This document shows positions 1-13,500 of a stretch of DNA of 64,000 nt, piece by piece. Position numbers and translations under genes: made by a program. The first letter of the stretch is position 1. Each line of letters starts with the position of its first letter. The notes beneath the pieces are model-generated. The model saw only the letters and a list, made by a program, of their open reading frames with translations. It was not told the DNA's origin and searched no databases. The DNA is from Phoronis australis. Its lineage: Eukaryota > Animalia > Phoronida. The DNA lies in assembly GCA_002633005.1 (NCBI GenBank), contig NMRA01000860.1, forward strand, positions 52,287-116,286, given 5' to 3'.

Positions 1-175
1 AATGCGCCGTGTTCCGAATTTGACACTTGAAATTGGATTTGAGTCCCCCCCAACACTAAAACTGCACACATTTAAATCTTTTTTCATCCGTATAATTTTA
101 ATTACCGGGATTAATTAATAAACTCAACGGGGGGGGGGGGGCAGGCCCCCTGGGCCCCCCCTAAGTCCGCCTATG
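1..175. mobile_element. Right end of a probable hAT-like MITE, truncated by the window edge
   Basis: A G-run/C-run block (gggggcaggccccctgggccccccc) is followed by taagtccgcctatg ending at 175, resembling CAT-terminated MITE ends. The partner end is outside the window. Confidence 0.4.
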
Positions 176-457
176 GTATAATACCTCATTTTGTATTCCC
201 ATTGTATACCTTCGGAGTTCTTTGATCTATTTTCGGACTCGTTCGACTGCTTTCACGACCCCTGTTGGCAATTTGTTTTGCGTCTGCGGCTGTATCATCT
301 TAACTCCTTGTAACTATTTTTATTTTTTTGAGTCTACCACCTCTTTATTCGACAAACCACTCAAAGGATCATTGTAAAAACTTAGCAGATGTGTTCCTGA
401 TGAGACCACCGCGGCTGACGTTGATTATCTTTTTGCGTCCTCGGCTGTGTCCCCTTA

Positions 458-3131
458 GAGTAACATGGGGCAAAAAATCTACGCAGGGGCAAAAAACTTA
501 CCCGGGCTTAAACGCCTACTCTCTATAAGTCGGAAATTATACAACGTAGGCATCCACGTGATGCATTACGTCTTCCGGATTCAAACGATCATCTGCTGAC
601 ACGTTTTTTTGGAGCTCAGACTTCAACGGTATGTTTATGAGCTATGCTTCTTTGTTTACATTGGTATTCTTGTAAAAACGACACTTCGTTACTTTTAGTG
701 TCGTATGCGTTACTAATAAAAACTGACAGTTCAGATGATTTTTCCTGCTAAATCAGTCCATTAAGTTGTTGTTAGAGTCTTTTACTTTGACTTATCTCCC
801 TTAAAGAAAGGCTGTTCACTGGGGGCAAAAAGCCTCCATGCTTGTGGGGCAAGATGCCTACATGGGCCTTTTGCCCCAGTGTAGTGGGCGTTTTGTCCCG
901 TACACTTAGAATTCTATCAGTAGAAGTGTGCTCTGACTTTAAACAACGTACTTGAATTTTAAATAGCGTTTTTTTTCCCATTTGAATGATATGATTACTG
1001 TTTTTATTTACTTGGCACATTTATAACGCTAACGGGTGAAGGGATAGGTAAAAAGGTTAGGTCCTACATTGTGTAACTTTGTTTGATGCTTGTTTTTTTT
1101 AGAAATTTAAAGAGAATATCTAAATGTTACCGACTTGAAGATCTTGAAAATATTATACATTCGGTATATTGGTTTTAGAGATGGTACGAAAGTATGAAAG
1201 GACAACAGAAAGGGAAAAGTATGGAGAGGAAATGTTACAAGCAGCGCTAAAGGCATTAGTTGAAGGAGTCCCTCTGTTCAGGGCTGGCAAAGAGTTCGGA
1301 GTTCCGGCCCTAACCCTCCGGCGTCACCGGGACAGTCACGTGGATGAACCGGGCACATTAAAGTTTGGAAGATTCAACCCAGATTTCCCTGTTAGGGTCG
1401 AAATAAAGCTTAAGACACATGTAGAGGCAATGCGGCGTCGTTTATTCGGGCTTTGCATGCATGACTTGCGCAGACTTGCTTTCGATGTCGCTGAAACCGC
1501 TGGCCTTGATAACCCCTTCAACAGGACCACAAAGTTGGCAGGAACAGACTGGGAGAAGGCTTTCCTCAGGCGACACGACCTCAGTCGGGCTTGCGGGTTA
1601 TGGCGTTTTGACCCAAGCGTGTTTAGAGATGAAGACTTCGAAGGGTCCTTCATGATGACCTTGGAGGAAGAACAAGATGCTGCAGTCGCCGGTCATGTTC
1701 CAAGTGCTCAGAGCTGCTCGCCTGCTGTGGAAGTGGCAGACTCACTGACGTCGAACGCCGTCGAAATACCGCCGACGGTTAGAGAAATACAAACGTCGGG
1801 GGATGGACGCTGTCTTTTCCGCAGTTTAGTAATCTCTATGGATATGGATCTCCAAGACGCTGAGAGAGAGCAGCATGGACGACCGTTAGATCCTCTCATG
1901 GATTTATATGAGACCACCCAAGCTGATGGCCTGAGAGGGAAAGTGATCACTTACATGTGCCAGAACATCGGTGAATACGACGGGTTGGATACGGAGGTAA
2001 TCAATGGGAACCTACCGAGGGAACTGCGATACAACTCGATAAAAGAACGCATAGCTGCCATGACTGACCTGACGTGCGTGGCAGGAGAACTTGAGAATGC
2101 GACATTAAGCAAAGTGATTGAAAACACTATCATCGTGCTAAATTTTTACAACGCTATTATCGCACAATACGGAATCGGAACGCTTGAGAAGGAGCCCCTC
2201 ATTGTACGATTTACAAGGATTGGTGACGATGTACTTGGTCACTATACAAGTGTTCTGCAGGACAAGACAGTTCTAGAGTAAGAGGAAATCGAAGCCATCA
2301 TAAGACAACTGTCGCCATTGCCGAGGTCATCTCGGCACTCGACATCGAGGGCAGAAACAGCGGCTGTCATCACTGCATCACCCTACAAGAGAAAGTTAGA
2401 GGAAAAAATGGCGAAAAAGACATCACAGTCAGCGAAGAAAAAAGCACAGAAAAAAACCCGCAAATGTAAAGCCCAAGAGTTTGACGAGATGTGTCTGGTG
2501 TGTGGAGAGTCATACAGTTGTTCAAGACCTCGGTAAGTGTGGCTGCAGTGCCAGAAGTGTCACAACTGGGCACACGAGGCCTACACACCTGGTTTGCCCA
2601 TCTTCGTGTGTATCACCTGCGAATAATTGTAACGACTGTTACTGTGCTACGATAAATTTAAGGTCGTTGTTGTGGTTTGTTGAATAAAGTAATGCGCATT
2701 TCTTATGATGTGCGTTTTTCTATAAATACACCAGCTTGTTAGCATGCAGTACTTGACGATTGACATTTTAGTGAACATAACACAACTTAACCACACATAA
2801 ATTGATATTTTAAAACTTTTATAGAGTGTTTATTTAACTGTGCATACTTTGGGTACTGTGTCAATCAGACATGGGGCATAACGTCCATGACAGGCCTCTT
2901 GCCTCCTGTGAAAAGGCGTTTTGCCCCGGGCATGGGGCAAAAAGGCCAAATTTAATTTTTTAGTTTTTGATCTGTGATTTTTTTACGGTTAAGAATGCCA
3001 GCGTATGTTCGAAATATAATGTAGAGCCATCTAAACCAAATCAAAGGCAGTTATTTCGAAGTATTTCTGAAACCTATTGAAGACGAAAAACAGGTTTTTG
3101 ATTAATAGGGGCGTTTTGCCCCATGTTACTC
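458..3131 (+). mobile_element. pogo/Tigger-like (Tc1-mariner superfamily) DNA transposon, internally deleted
   Basis: Perfect inverted repeat TAGAGTAACATGGGGCAAAA (456-475) / TTTTGCCCCATGTTACTCTA (3114-3133), read as an 18-bp TIR plus TA target duplication. Subterminal GGGGCAAAA motifs are repeated. It encloses an HTH-psq/CENP-B transposase remnant. Confidence 0.9.
1181..2626 (+). pseudogene. pogo-like transposase derivative: HTH-psq + CENP-B HTH, DDE deleted, OTU protease domain, basic tract, C-terminal PHD finger
   Basis: ATG at 1181. MVRKY..ALKAL..EFGVPALTLRRH (psq), LRRLAF..AGTDWEKAFLRRH (CENP-B), RACGLWRFDP (DDE_1 tail), GDGRCLFRSL...GHY (OTU). The same frame continues past stops at 2279-2281 and 2534-2536 to ITASPYKRKL and CLVC..WLQCQKCHNWAHEAY..FVCITCE*. 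Confidence 0.85.
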
Positions 3132-3334
3132 TACTCTTTTGCAGGTTATTGTGAAATTTTACAGTGTTATATAAATGTGGCAACAACTGTCTACGACGTC
3201 TGGACGACATCTCTGACTACTGTTGCGCCCCTAAGTGGCCACTTTAGTTTTTACGTCTGTCTGTTTCTTTTGGGTTCCTTGAAGGATTTTCCTGATATTT
3301 GACTAACAAGTTTCTGTTATGAAGGCGACAGCAC

Positions 3335-3719
3335 TGTGCAGGTCCAAATTGTCACATCGTACCAAATTGCCACAGCTTCAAAACTCTGACCCTTTGGGCC
3401 AGGGCTGCAGACCCTAATTGTCTAAACAATTTTGTGTTTCTGTGTCAGTTTGGGCCTGCACCATAGTACAGGCTCCAATTGTCACAATAACGCAAAATGT
3501 GTCACAACATTATACTTGCAATAAAAATTAAATGATCCGGCAAAAAGGTACCCTTTACTAATCACAGAATGAAAACACTGTCTGTTGTTTTAAAACTAAT
3601 TTCTACGAAGGGGTTCACAGGTGTACCTGGGGCAGTCGCCAGATTCAAGCGTGTGTCCAAATTGTCCCAAGTTTGAAGTTGCGACAATTTGTAACGGTGC
3701 CACAACTTGGGCCTGCACA
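3335..3719. mobile_element. MITE with TGT...ACA termini and 6-bp TSD
   Basis: Imperfect ~48-bp TIRs (tgtgcaggtccaaattgt..cttcaaa / tttgaag..acaacttgggcctgcaca). CAGCAC flanks both sides (3329-3334, 3720-3725). Confidence 0.75.
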
Positions 3720-6251
3720 CAGCACCTTTACATTTTTGGAGAAAATCGACGTATTGTATGTCTCTAGATGGTTATTTTTACTATGCTTGAGCCGTCTGCC
3801 TTTGCATTCCCCAACCCGCTCCGAGGAACAATACAACAATTGGCAGGTGTATACCTACTGACAAGAGTACGACTGACGGGCATTTCAGATGGGTACAACT
3901 ACTGTGATGCCCCCTGGTGACAATGCTGGTATCTGCAGCTGTATCTTCTAAATTCCATTGCTTGCAAGATCATTTGCAAGATCGGCAAGTGTATTCCTAT
4001 TAACTTTCCAACAAATAGATGTGTTAGACTACCGCTTCACCTCCTACTAATTCCAATTTGTTTTTAAGTTCGTCTCAGTACTCTTTGGATTTCTGTCACT
4101 GATTTTCATGAAATTAAGCATATAGCCTTCTCTTCGCGAGACGCCGGTTTGACGTATTCTGCGCAATCTATTGGCCATTTTATGATACAAACAAACACTC
4201 CTAGAAGCACACCGTGTGCGGTGCAGTAGTGGGCTCATTCGCTCCCCGTTGCTCTTGGTACTAAAATAAAAACGGCGATCATTTGTCAAAATAGGTGCGT
4301 TAGGTTTCGATTCTCTGGTACCGGATGATGAATGATTATAGTCTTTGAACCGTGGTAGACAATGGTCCTGCAAGTCTTTCTAGTTCGCGAGACCAGGTCT
4401 CAAAAATGAGTCGGAGTATAGGCCAGAAACAACTATGCTTTTTTGATCCCCGCGAGAAATAGTAGTCAAACGACTGTTCCCCATCGATGAACCTCAGTTG
4501 TTAAAACCACTGTTACCTACATGTATGCTATGGTCTTAAACACACATTTTTCAGAGGCGTATTTGCCCTTCGAACATAACGTCTGATAGCGTTCTTATCC
4601 ATTAGATGAATTGAAATAGGACGGTCCCGGATTACACAGCGACACTTGAACTACATGCATGTACTGTCACCTCCGTGAAGCAGTTCTCTAGCCTCATTTT
4701 CGCGTCATACGACTTTCTCATGTTATTTGTGGGGCTTGCTTTTTTCAAAGTTTTCTCGACTGTATTAACTGTCTTCCACCTTCCAATGACATTGCAGTTA
4801 CGGCTGTGCTGTGGGCTACAACTCCGGCACCAAAATTTTGGATACTGTTATATACATAACTCTTGTAATAAAAAGGAGCTACAACATGGTTCCATGAATG
4901 TCTAGTCTACATATATTATTTGTCCTTTAGTGAAGTGCATTTGAGAAGTATCCCTGGATGCGATATTTTCCGACATGATTCCTTGGATCAGCCCGACATG
5001 TCAAATGAGGCCAATGAGGCAACGCGTTTTCTTACCTCCAGGACAAAGGTTTCTTTCCGAGACCCTCCTATTGGTCACACTAACAATAAATATAAATCCC
5101 TGGTATTACCCTGGTGGCCACGCATGTTGTCTTACTGTCTGAAACTAACCCGCCGTGACAAGCAACTTTATGGGCGTGGCGTACAATAATAACGACTCAA
5201 GCTTCGAAATCATTGCTAATTTAAGCATAGGATAATTATTGGAGACTGATTTTATTACAGCAATTAGTCGAAATCAAAACTTAGCTTTTTACAGAAGGCG
5301 CGGCTTTATTGCGCCAATTAATGACGCTGGCTACTCAATCATAGCTTATTACTTACATAACAATATTTTATTTGTACTCGGTGCTTATGATGCAAAACAT
5401 GCAATAATTCTTGCTTTTGATAGGCAAGACATTGTACATGTACACTAATATCAAATAATCATATTCAGGTTGATATCTGCATTCATACTTCTTAATGCTT
5501 CTTAAACTATCGTATTACAATTTGTTTTTCTTTTAGGTAATTTGTTGGCTAAACTCTGTTCATTGTAATTTGTTTTCGTAATAAACATTTTTAAAACAGT
5601 TAAATATAATTGTAAGTGGTATTAGGTTTCGTGACAATCAAACTTTATTCGCGATTCGACTCCGGAAATTGGCAAAATTGTTCTAAGCATGGCACGCTAT
5701 TAATCAGTTTTCGAGTCCAGTAAAGCTTGGTGGCCCATGACCCAGAGCTTGTATATCGCGTATATTATAGTGACAACGCTAGAGCAGAAAAGTAATTCCG
5801 AATGTACAAACACGGCAATTTACGTAAACCTATGTGCCGACTCTTTGTCTATACTTGTCGTCTTCTATACCACATAAGTTGCCGAGCGTCATATGTCATT
5901 TTTTTAGTAAAATTTAAGGTTCCTCAGCGAATTTGTGAAAAATCTACGAAAGGTTAACTTTAAAATTATTATGTCACTCAAACAGTTGAAATCTGTCAAA
6001 AAGCAATTTAAGAGGGTCGATTATCCATTAAGAGTGAGTTAAACCTAGATATTTTGACAATTTCATCCAACCTTTATCCTGTCACCTCATATTGTACAAC
6101 AAGTTCTATCCCGAACAGATCAAAGTTGCATTACCTCAATAAGATCTCACATTTTCTCCAAATTTTCGAGACTGTTGAAATAGACCTAATTCACGCCGAC
6201 AGGAGGCGCTTTCCAAAACGAGGCTCGCTACGATAGCTGTCTGTTGGCTTA

Positions 6252-6912
6252 GGTGGCACAGAATAGTTAGGCTGTGGCCGCGGCCAATTTGCACTGCCAA
6301 AATGTTAAAATCTAGGGATAGGCCAGGCTTGGGGGCATTTTTTAGTTAGGTATTGTGTTTAGGTCAAGTGAATGTGGTTTTTTTGTATTTGTGAACATGC
6401 TGGGAATGAAAAAAGGCCAGTTTTTCGACTGTAGCTGCACTCTTCTTCAAGATGGTGGCACCCTGTTGCAGTTGTGCATTGCTGTGTAGCAACTGAGAAA
6501 TTGGCCGCGATTTCAGGGAGCCCTCAAACAAGCCAGATTTGAAAAAAAACTAATTGGTTGACAGTACTTTTGGATCACATTTTTGGAATCGGTAGGAAAT
6601 TTGCTTTCGGAATCTAATATTGGCTTTAGTCGAGCATCGGCGGGAAAGTGGTGATTTTGGGGTAAAAAGTGTCGATTTTGCATTTTTTTGCCCTCATTTT
6701 CCTTAGTTCAGCTTGGTTTCCACTGGGAGTGAAAGAGTCAAATATGCAAGAGAGAATAAAGTTTCTGTGCTCATTTGTAGGGCTTCTGATGTGAAATGAC
6801 CCAAAACGTTTCCTTATTTGCATGTAGTTTTTGACAAAGTGAAGAAAGGGTGAAGAGTGCATTGACGTGTGTTCTGACAGGCGAACCCCTGTGAGAACTG
6901 TTCTGTGCCTCC
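6252..6912. mobile_element. PIF/Harbinger-type MITE
   Basis: TIR ggtggcacagaatagtt / aactgttctgtgcctcc with TTA on both sides (6249-6251, 6913-6915). The segment is absent from copy 2 of the host element (~16320). Confidence 0.85.
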
Positions 6913-8611
6913 TTATCGGCAAACGGTTGTATTCCGCGTTGCACGAACGGCTAGAAAAAATATGGACATTCAACTGTCCGTTTTGCAATCCCTAAGGACG
7001 CTGAGAATCAGAGATTTGGAAGCGTTGGGTCGTTGCCATACGCCGCGACGAAGGAAAATATGTTCGTGTAAAATTTATAAATGTTTTCGAAAAGTTAGAT
7101 CACATTTTGTCACATCTCGGTTGTCGAGCATCATGGTAACAGCCGGAGAATCTTCGGCTAGCCAGGTTGTGTTTTCATGACTACGGGTGAAACATGATGT
7201 ATTTTTCTTTCCAAAAGTGACAGGGCCCTCAATCCCTAGCTTTTGGGGCCGAATATCGGCCCTATTCCACTCTCAAAAATTTTGAAAAATCACGCTAAAT
7301 TCCCCCCTCGAAGCCTAAAAACTCCCCCAGTGGTTGAAAATTTCTCTTCGAAGTTCAAATCACCTAACCACACAGGTGACAATTTGAAAGAGCACAAAAT
7401 GCTACTTGAGACAGAGCCTATGAGAACTTGCAACAAAGCGGGGTGCTATTGATGGTGATCGGGATGTAGATTTTTCCCCTCACTCGGCGACAAAATCCCC
7501 TCTCAGAAGGCAAAGGCACCTTTCCCCAGTATTGGATGAACGAAGCCCCTGAAGAAACATAATAACTGTGCTTGCTCTGTCCAAGTAACTGAAATTGAGC
7601 TCTAAAACGAGGTTATGCTTTGGACGAACGAATTAGGCTTTTAATTTTAAAATTCAACTTGATCCAGATTGATATTTGAAACCTAACACATGAAATAGAA
7701 GTAAGAAATATTAAAACCAAGAAAGCAGAATTGATTATCAAACAATTTTTATTTTCAATTACGAGCCTGGTTATTTATTTTAATAAAAAATATATTTGAT
7801 AACATCAATTACTTTTTCAGATCAGTGACAAATCAACTGTTAGTCCCGGTAGTCCCTACCTCACCAGGACCTAGGCTATTCTTGATCAACAAATTAAACC
7901 AGATGTGACTAATTGCACATCACAGCAAACTGTGATGAGCCACCACTGTCGAATATATCTTCAACTCGTCAACAAAACAAGCAAATGACCTGGTTCGTGT
8001 AGAAAGCATTATCAACAATTTACAAGAAGAAAAGTAACCCTGCATTCACCATAATACCTAATCCGTAACAATACGATCGCCGCAATTTGGACATATTTAC
8101 TTTTTATGTTTCGAACCTAGTTTTCCAAAAAAAAACTTGTACCCTTTCGTCAGACAACTCGTTAGTGCATTGACCTGTTCTCTAATGAATTTTTCTACGT
8201 CTCTATGGTTAATTATCGACACGTTTTTAACATTTGATATCCAGGTTGGACTCGAAAGACCACCCATTTAACTCATGCAATGCCAACTTCCGCTTTGTTT
8301 ATCGCAGTGAGCCTGGCCTTGGATTGTAATGTCAGCAGCGTGAATTGGGAGCGGGACAATGTCAACGAGCCAATCCAGGTGGAAGTGAAGTATGTCACGC
8401 GCATGCGTTGTGTCAATAGGGATTCCCTGTCTTTACTTCCTCTCGAAGTGTTATTGTTTCAGCAGAGAATTTCTCGAATTCAAAGACTGTGACAGCGGCA
8501 TTGGACGAATTTCGACATGGTACGCGTGCTTAATTTGTTATATGTTAGGCTAAGTATGATCTTAAGAGAAACCACTGCTGTTTTGACGGAGAAACTTCGC
8601 AAATGGCGGGT

Positions 8612-8884
8612 AAATGTCAACCAGCGGAGTCAGGTAGAACCTACCATATGTATTTTTGTGATGATACCTGGATCAGCTAGTTGACATTTGCAAAATGTCA
8701 ACCAGCGGAGTCAGGTAGAACCTAGCTTTTGTATTTTTGTGATGATACCTGGATCAGCTAGTTGACATTTGCAAAATGTCAACCAGCGGAGTCAGGTAGG
8801 ACCTAGCTTTTGTATTTTTGTGATGATACCTGGATCAGCTAGTTGACATTTTGCAAAATGTCAACCAGCGGACTCAGGTAGAAC
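8612..8884. repeat. 81-bp tandem repeat (~3.3 copies) with quasi-palindromic units
   Basis: Units start at 8612, 8693, 8774 and 8856: aaatgtcaaccagcggagtcaggta...tacctggatcagctagttgacattt. Confidence 0.95.
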
Positions 8885-10136
8885 TAGTTGTCTGGTAATT
8901 CAGAAGTGTTTTTCAAAAATTTCAGGTCATTTGCATGGAGTTTTTTGATGGCGTTGCGCTACCTGATAGATGACACAAGCTCAAATGAAAGATGAAGTGA
9001 ACAATACAGGTAACTATATGAAAATTTTGAATTGCCATGTGTAAGTTGTTCACAGGTGCACAATTAATTGGCGACATATGTAACTGTGCAATTTTAGGGC
9101 AATTCCTAATTTAAAAAAACAATTAAGTTTCATTGTCATTCTAGTGATCATTTTTAAACATTACACATTTCATCTTTAGGATGGCCATATTTACTCACTA
9201 GTTATGATATTGTTTCATATCTTTCAAGATATTCAATTTGTTTAAAAGTTAACATCATAAAAAGTGTAAATTCCCAGTATAGACGTCTCTGTGATGATGA
9301 TCTTGTGCAAAAGGCCAAATCGATGTATTTTGATTAAAAAACAATAGATGTTGCATTGCTCTAATTTTAATTTTGAGTCAATTGCAAAGTACCAATTACA
9401 GCTTAATTATTCTGAATTGATATCTTTGCCATAAGAAACAGTTAAATCTTAGAAATTCAGAGCGTATGTCCATGACTCACTCAACATCTAATTGGCTAAC
9501 AAAAATATCTTAGAAGTTATCGTCAAAGTGCAATTCACCCATAATTAATGTTGATGTATGCATTGAAAGTGTGAGACCCAACAAATTATTTTCCTAGGAA
9601 GAAAATATTTTTCACAAAGTTGATCAAAATATTCAAAATATTCTCTAATTATAAACCCACTGTCCATCAAAATGGAATTGACTGAGTCACAGCTACTAGT
9701 ATGTGACTTGCATTCAATTTGTTCCTTTTGTATGCAACGCTTTCTTTACTCCATGTTACTTCTTGCAGTCTTCTTGTCACAATGTACCCACTTGTAGCTC
9801 AGTGGAAACTGATTCTGCGTTCTGGAACATAACACACATGGACGGCGCACCATAGGGGGCTGGGGGAGCTATAGCCCCCACTTTTTTCAGTGCTCCGGTG
9901 CCCATGGTCTATTTGCGGTGTACCACAGGCTGGGGGGCTGCGCTGCCCATGACACATATGACAGTTTGTCTTTGATTCTGCAAACATTGACCATCATGAT
10001 CTTAAATGGTTGTCTTTTATATTTTGAAACTAATGTTTTATTTTGTGATATTATTTTAAGGATGAGTCCTCATGCAGCGGACAAGATTACATAATAATAA
10101 CATTATTTTGCTTTCTCATCAGATCACTGTCAAGCT

Positions 10137-10570
10137 TCAGCAGAGTTTATTCATGAAGACCATGGGCATTTTCAGTGTTGTTGCCTTACTCGAAGAGAAG
10201 TAAGCAGGAAGAATTTCGTCCTGATGTGCCACCACTCCGTTAATGTAGGATACCCAGCCGTACCAGGCCTCTTCCCTGTGAAAGTCACAAAGACAGATCT
10301 CTGCACACACATAGAGAAAGTTAACAAGTATGTAGTTCAAGGGACTTTACAACCCATGTTTGGTGTTACAAATGAATTTTTTGTTCATCGAATTTTTGCT
10401 GTGAAATTAGTCTTTCACCTTACTAGAGCTTTAGAAAGGATTTCTGAGACAGTAAACGAGAGTGGTCTTTGAAATTGTAGTAAGACTTGTTGCAGATACG
10501 AATGTTAAATCTGTGCTCTCTAACAAACATGCATGTATATTTGCTGGCTGTAACAAGTGACATGCTTGAA
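10137..10570 (-). pseudogene. MULE transposase core fragment
   Basis: ICLCDFHREEAWYGWV matches the CxxH motif of MULE transposases. Flanking frames are broken by stops and frameshifts. Confidence 0.7.
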
Positions 10571-13500
10571 AAAAGAACAGAAAAATTAAAATTGGGACCA
10601 CCCCCACCAATGCCTAGTTAGGTTTTTTGGTCATTTTTAAGAGTATAAATTAAGAAATACGAGTGCAAATTTTCAAATATAAGTCAGATTTTAAAGGGAA
10701 CTGTTTCTCCTGTGTGGTGCGCTGGATTGTCATTTCATCAGAAAAGCAACATGTAGGGTTTCTAGTAACAACAAAGTTTCAGATCTCCCAAGCTTAGTAG
10801 TTTTAACTACTAAGAATTAAAATTCTGACATTGTGAAGAAGAAGCAGCAAGTGGTTTAATTTTCAGTTTGTACCTTTGAACCTAATGGGGTTTATGCAAT
10901 GCCTAAGATTGGCAGTGAAATCTATACATCGTATACAGAAAACAGCAGTGTGTTGTGACCAAGCTGTTTAACGGAAAATGTTGAATGCTATAAGCATTAA
11001 ATTGAGGACCTTACAAAACATTTACCAGTTCAGCAATGTCATTACTACTGTGTAAAGTAAGTAAGTACCTGAAAACACATTTACAGAGTTTTAATTGTTG
11101 GAGTTTCAATTTCAGATGCATCAACCACAAAACATCTGGGATTCCATTCTTTATTGTGCTGTCTCAGGACCGATAGAGCCTTCTGCAAGGATGCCATGTT
11201 TTCACTTCATATCCAGCATTTGTCGTGACACATACTAAAAACAGAGGATGGGCATACAAAGTAGTCTGGTGTCTATAATAGAATTATTGAAATGTAGTAG
11301 GGCGTAAAATTCGTAAGTCTTAATTATTGATGACATTTGCCATATGGTGTGCTTAAAGGTTATGTAGTACTTAATTGACAAGTCTGTACATTAAGTCAAC
11401 CATTTAGGAAACTGTAGAATTTTACTTCGTGTTGTATAACATTATGTTCAAGATGAATCTCAAAAATGCTGAACAGTTTGCTAAATTACCGTCTCATTTT
11501 TGTTTTATGCAATCATGTAAAAAATTCATGAAATTTATGCAATTCCTACTTTCTGGTTGGCCCTCACGCCAATGTGGAACATTTTAAAAAAACATTTCTA
11601 ACGGCATGTTGGGAATTAGTTTATAACATATATTCTGTGAAATTTTCACGTGAATCCAATCAGCATCTTGTAAGATGTCCCAAAGATGGACAAAATTGGA
11701 CATTTTGATAGGGTCCTACCTAACCAAAATGCTTTATGATTATTACGTATTAAGCATCATTAACATTACCTCTGACAATTATGTCTTGCAGTGCTTGATT
11801 TAGTGAACTACAGATTGTGTTTGATCACCTTGTAAAAATCCCAAGTCGCCATGAAGTCACCACTGCGAGTATCAAAGTCAGACAATAATTCCCTCGAAAT
11901 TTGTTTCAAAGTTTGTGTTGACTCCCAAATTTTAAGTTACAAAAAGTTTTCTTAGATTTGATACCTTTGTTTACAATTGTTTTGTTTATTTCATGAAATC
12001 GGTGCATTTGCCACCACAGCAGTTAGCACTTGTCAAACTTGCATTAAAATTACATCAGGAAGTACACAGGTGGAAGTTGGCGATAATCATGCATAATGAG
12101 TGAAACTAGCGCCTACAGTGTATATGATCACCTACATTCTGGGTATGCGACATAAGTTCCCAAGAACAGAGTATAGCATAACCTTTTTAGCCAACTATTC
12201 TGATGACAAACATCAGTTTTCGACAACGTCAGATTTCCTTTGGCGACCTGGGATTTTCAGCAAGTAGCCAAATGCGACTTGGCTTCAAGCTAAGTGTTGA
12301 GCATCGTCTTACAATGCCGTCAATATCCCAAGATTGCTTAAGTGTGATCATTTTTGCAAACCAAAAAAAATCATGGTTCTTTAATGAGAATATTTTGAAA
12401 GTCATGAGCAGTAGGAGACGCTCCTGCAATTGAAATTATTATTACCTTGTCCATGACATGAGCTGAATGTTACTCTGATATTGGCAGATCAACAAATATG
12501 TATTTTTCAACACATACTTTTTCTTAGTTAGGAAACATCAAGTCGTTTTGAAGTGCCTCTGGCATGTTTTCTCTGTGATATAATATGCATTGTGGTCGAG
12601 ATGGTAGTTGGATAAGAGATGACTATGGAAAATGTAGCTAGTGAATCTGTTGTACCATTAGCATAACAAGGTATGACATCGAGTTAAAATCAGAAACTTC
12701 AGACTAGAGCAAACCAAGTTTGTACTGGCTTAAGTAATCGCTTAAAAGCACACAATGCATGTTCTTAAAAACATTCGTTTTGGTTTGTGTTTTTAGAGTA
12801 TGTCTTAGTACTGAATGCTATGAACTTTCACAATTTTGACACGTGTTTAAACTGCCCTATTGCTGAATGAATGAATTCAGTGTTTGGTCATTGAGGCTAA
12901 CTTCATTTAATGTACTTAGAAATGTGTTTTGATTTGTTTTGACATTACCTAATAAACACTACATAGGACTTTAATTATACTTGGTTGCTATGCTCATCTT
13001 GTACCCTCGAAAAGCAACAACTTCTTGCATGCATATTGATTCTTCACATCCTCGTTTTTTTCCATCCAGTGACTTGCTTGGTCTGTACATTTTGTCTGTA
13101 TGCGTGTTCAGTCTGTAATACCTGTAGAATGAGCTCTAGATTTAGTGATGAGGAAACAAGTAAGAATATCAAACTAATCATGATGCTATTTTACATTTGA
13201 ATCTCGCTTTAACAACATGATTGTACTTCAGCATCATCACCTACTTCACTTAAAATGTATTACAAAGTGTCACAAAGACTTGTGTGATCTTGATTTGTTG
13301 TGTATACTGAACGTTACTCAGATGTCTTAGGATTCAATACCTTTTTTGCTTTTGCCTGTTTGAGACTTGATGATACTCCATTACTTTTGAACCCATTAAG
13401 CTTATCTGAGAACTGTTTTCTGTTGCCCATCATCTTCAGTTCTGACTGTAAAGTTACTGTGATTGTCTGAAAGAGAGGAATATACATTTTACTAACCGTT

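Noticed and set aside
1336-2133. Minus-strand ORFs over the pogo ORF
   Set aside because: Antisense shadows with no recognisable motifs.
9837-9951. Tiny hAT-like MITE (CATGG...CCATG)
   Set aside because: Weak TIR and no matching TSD.
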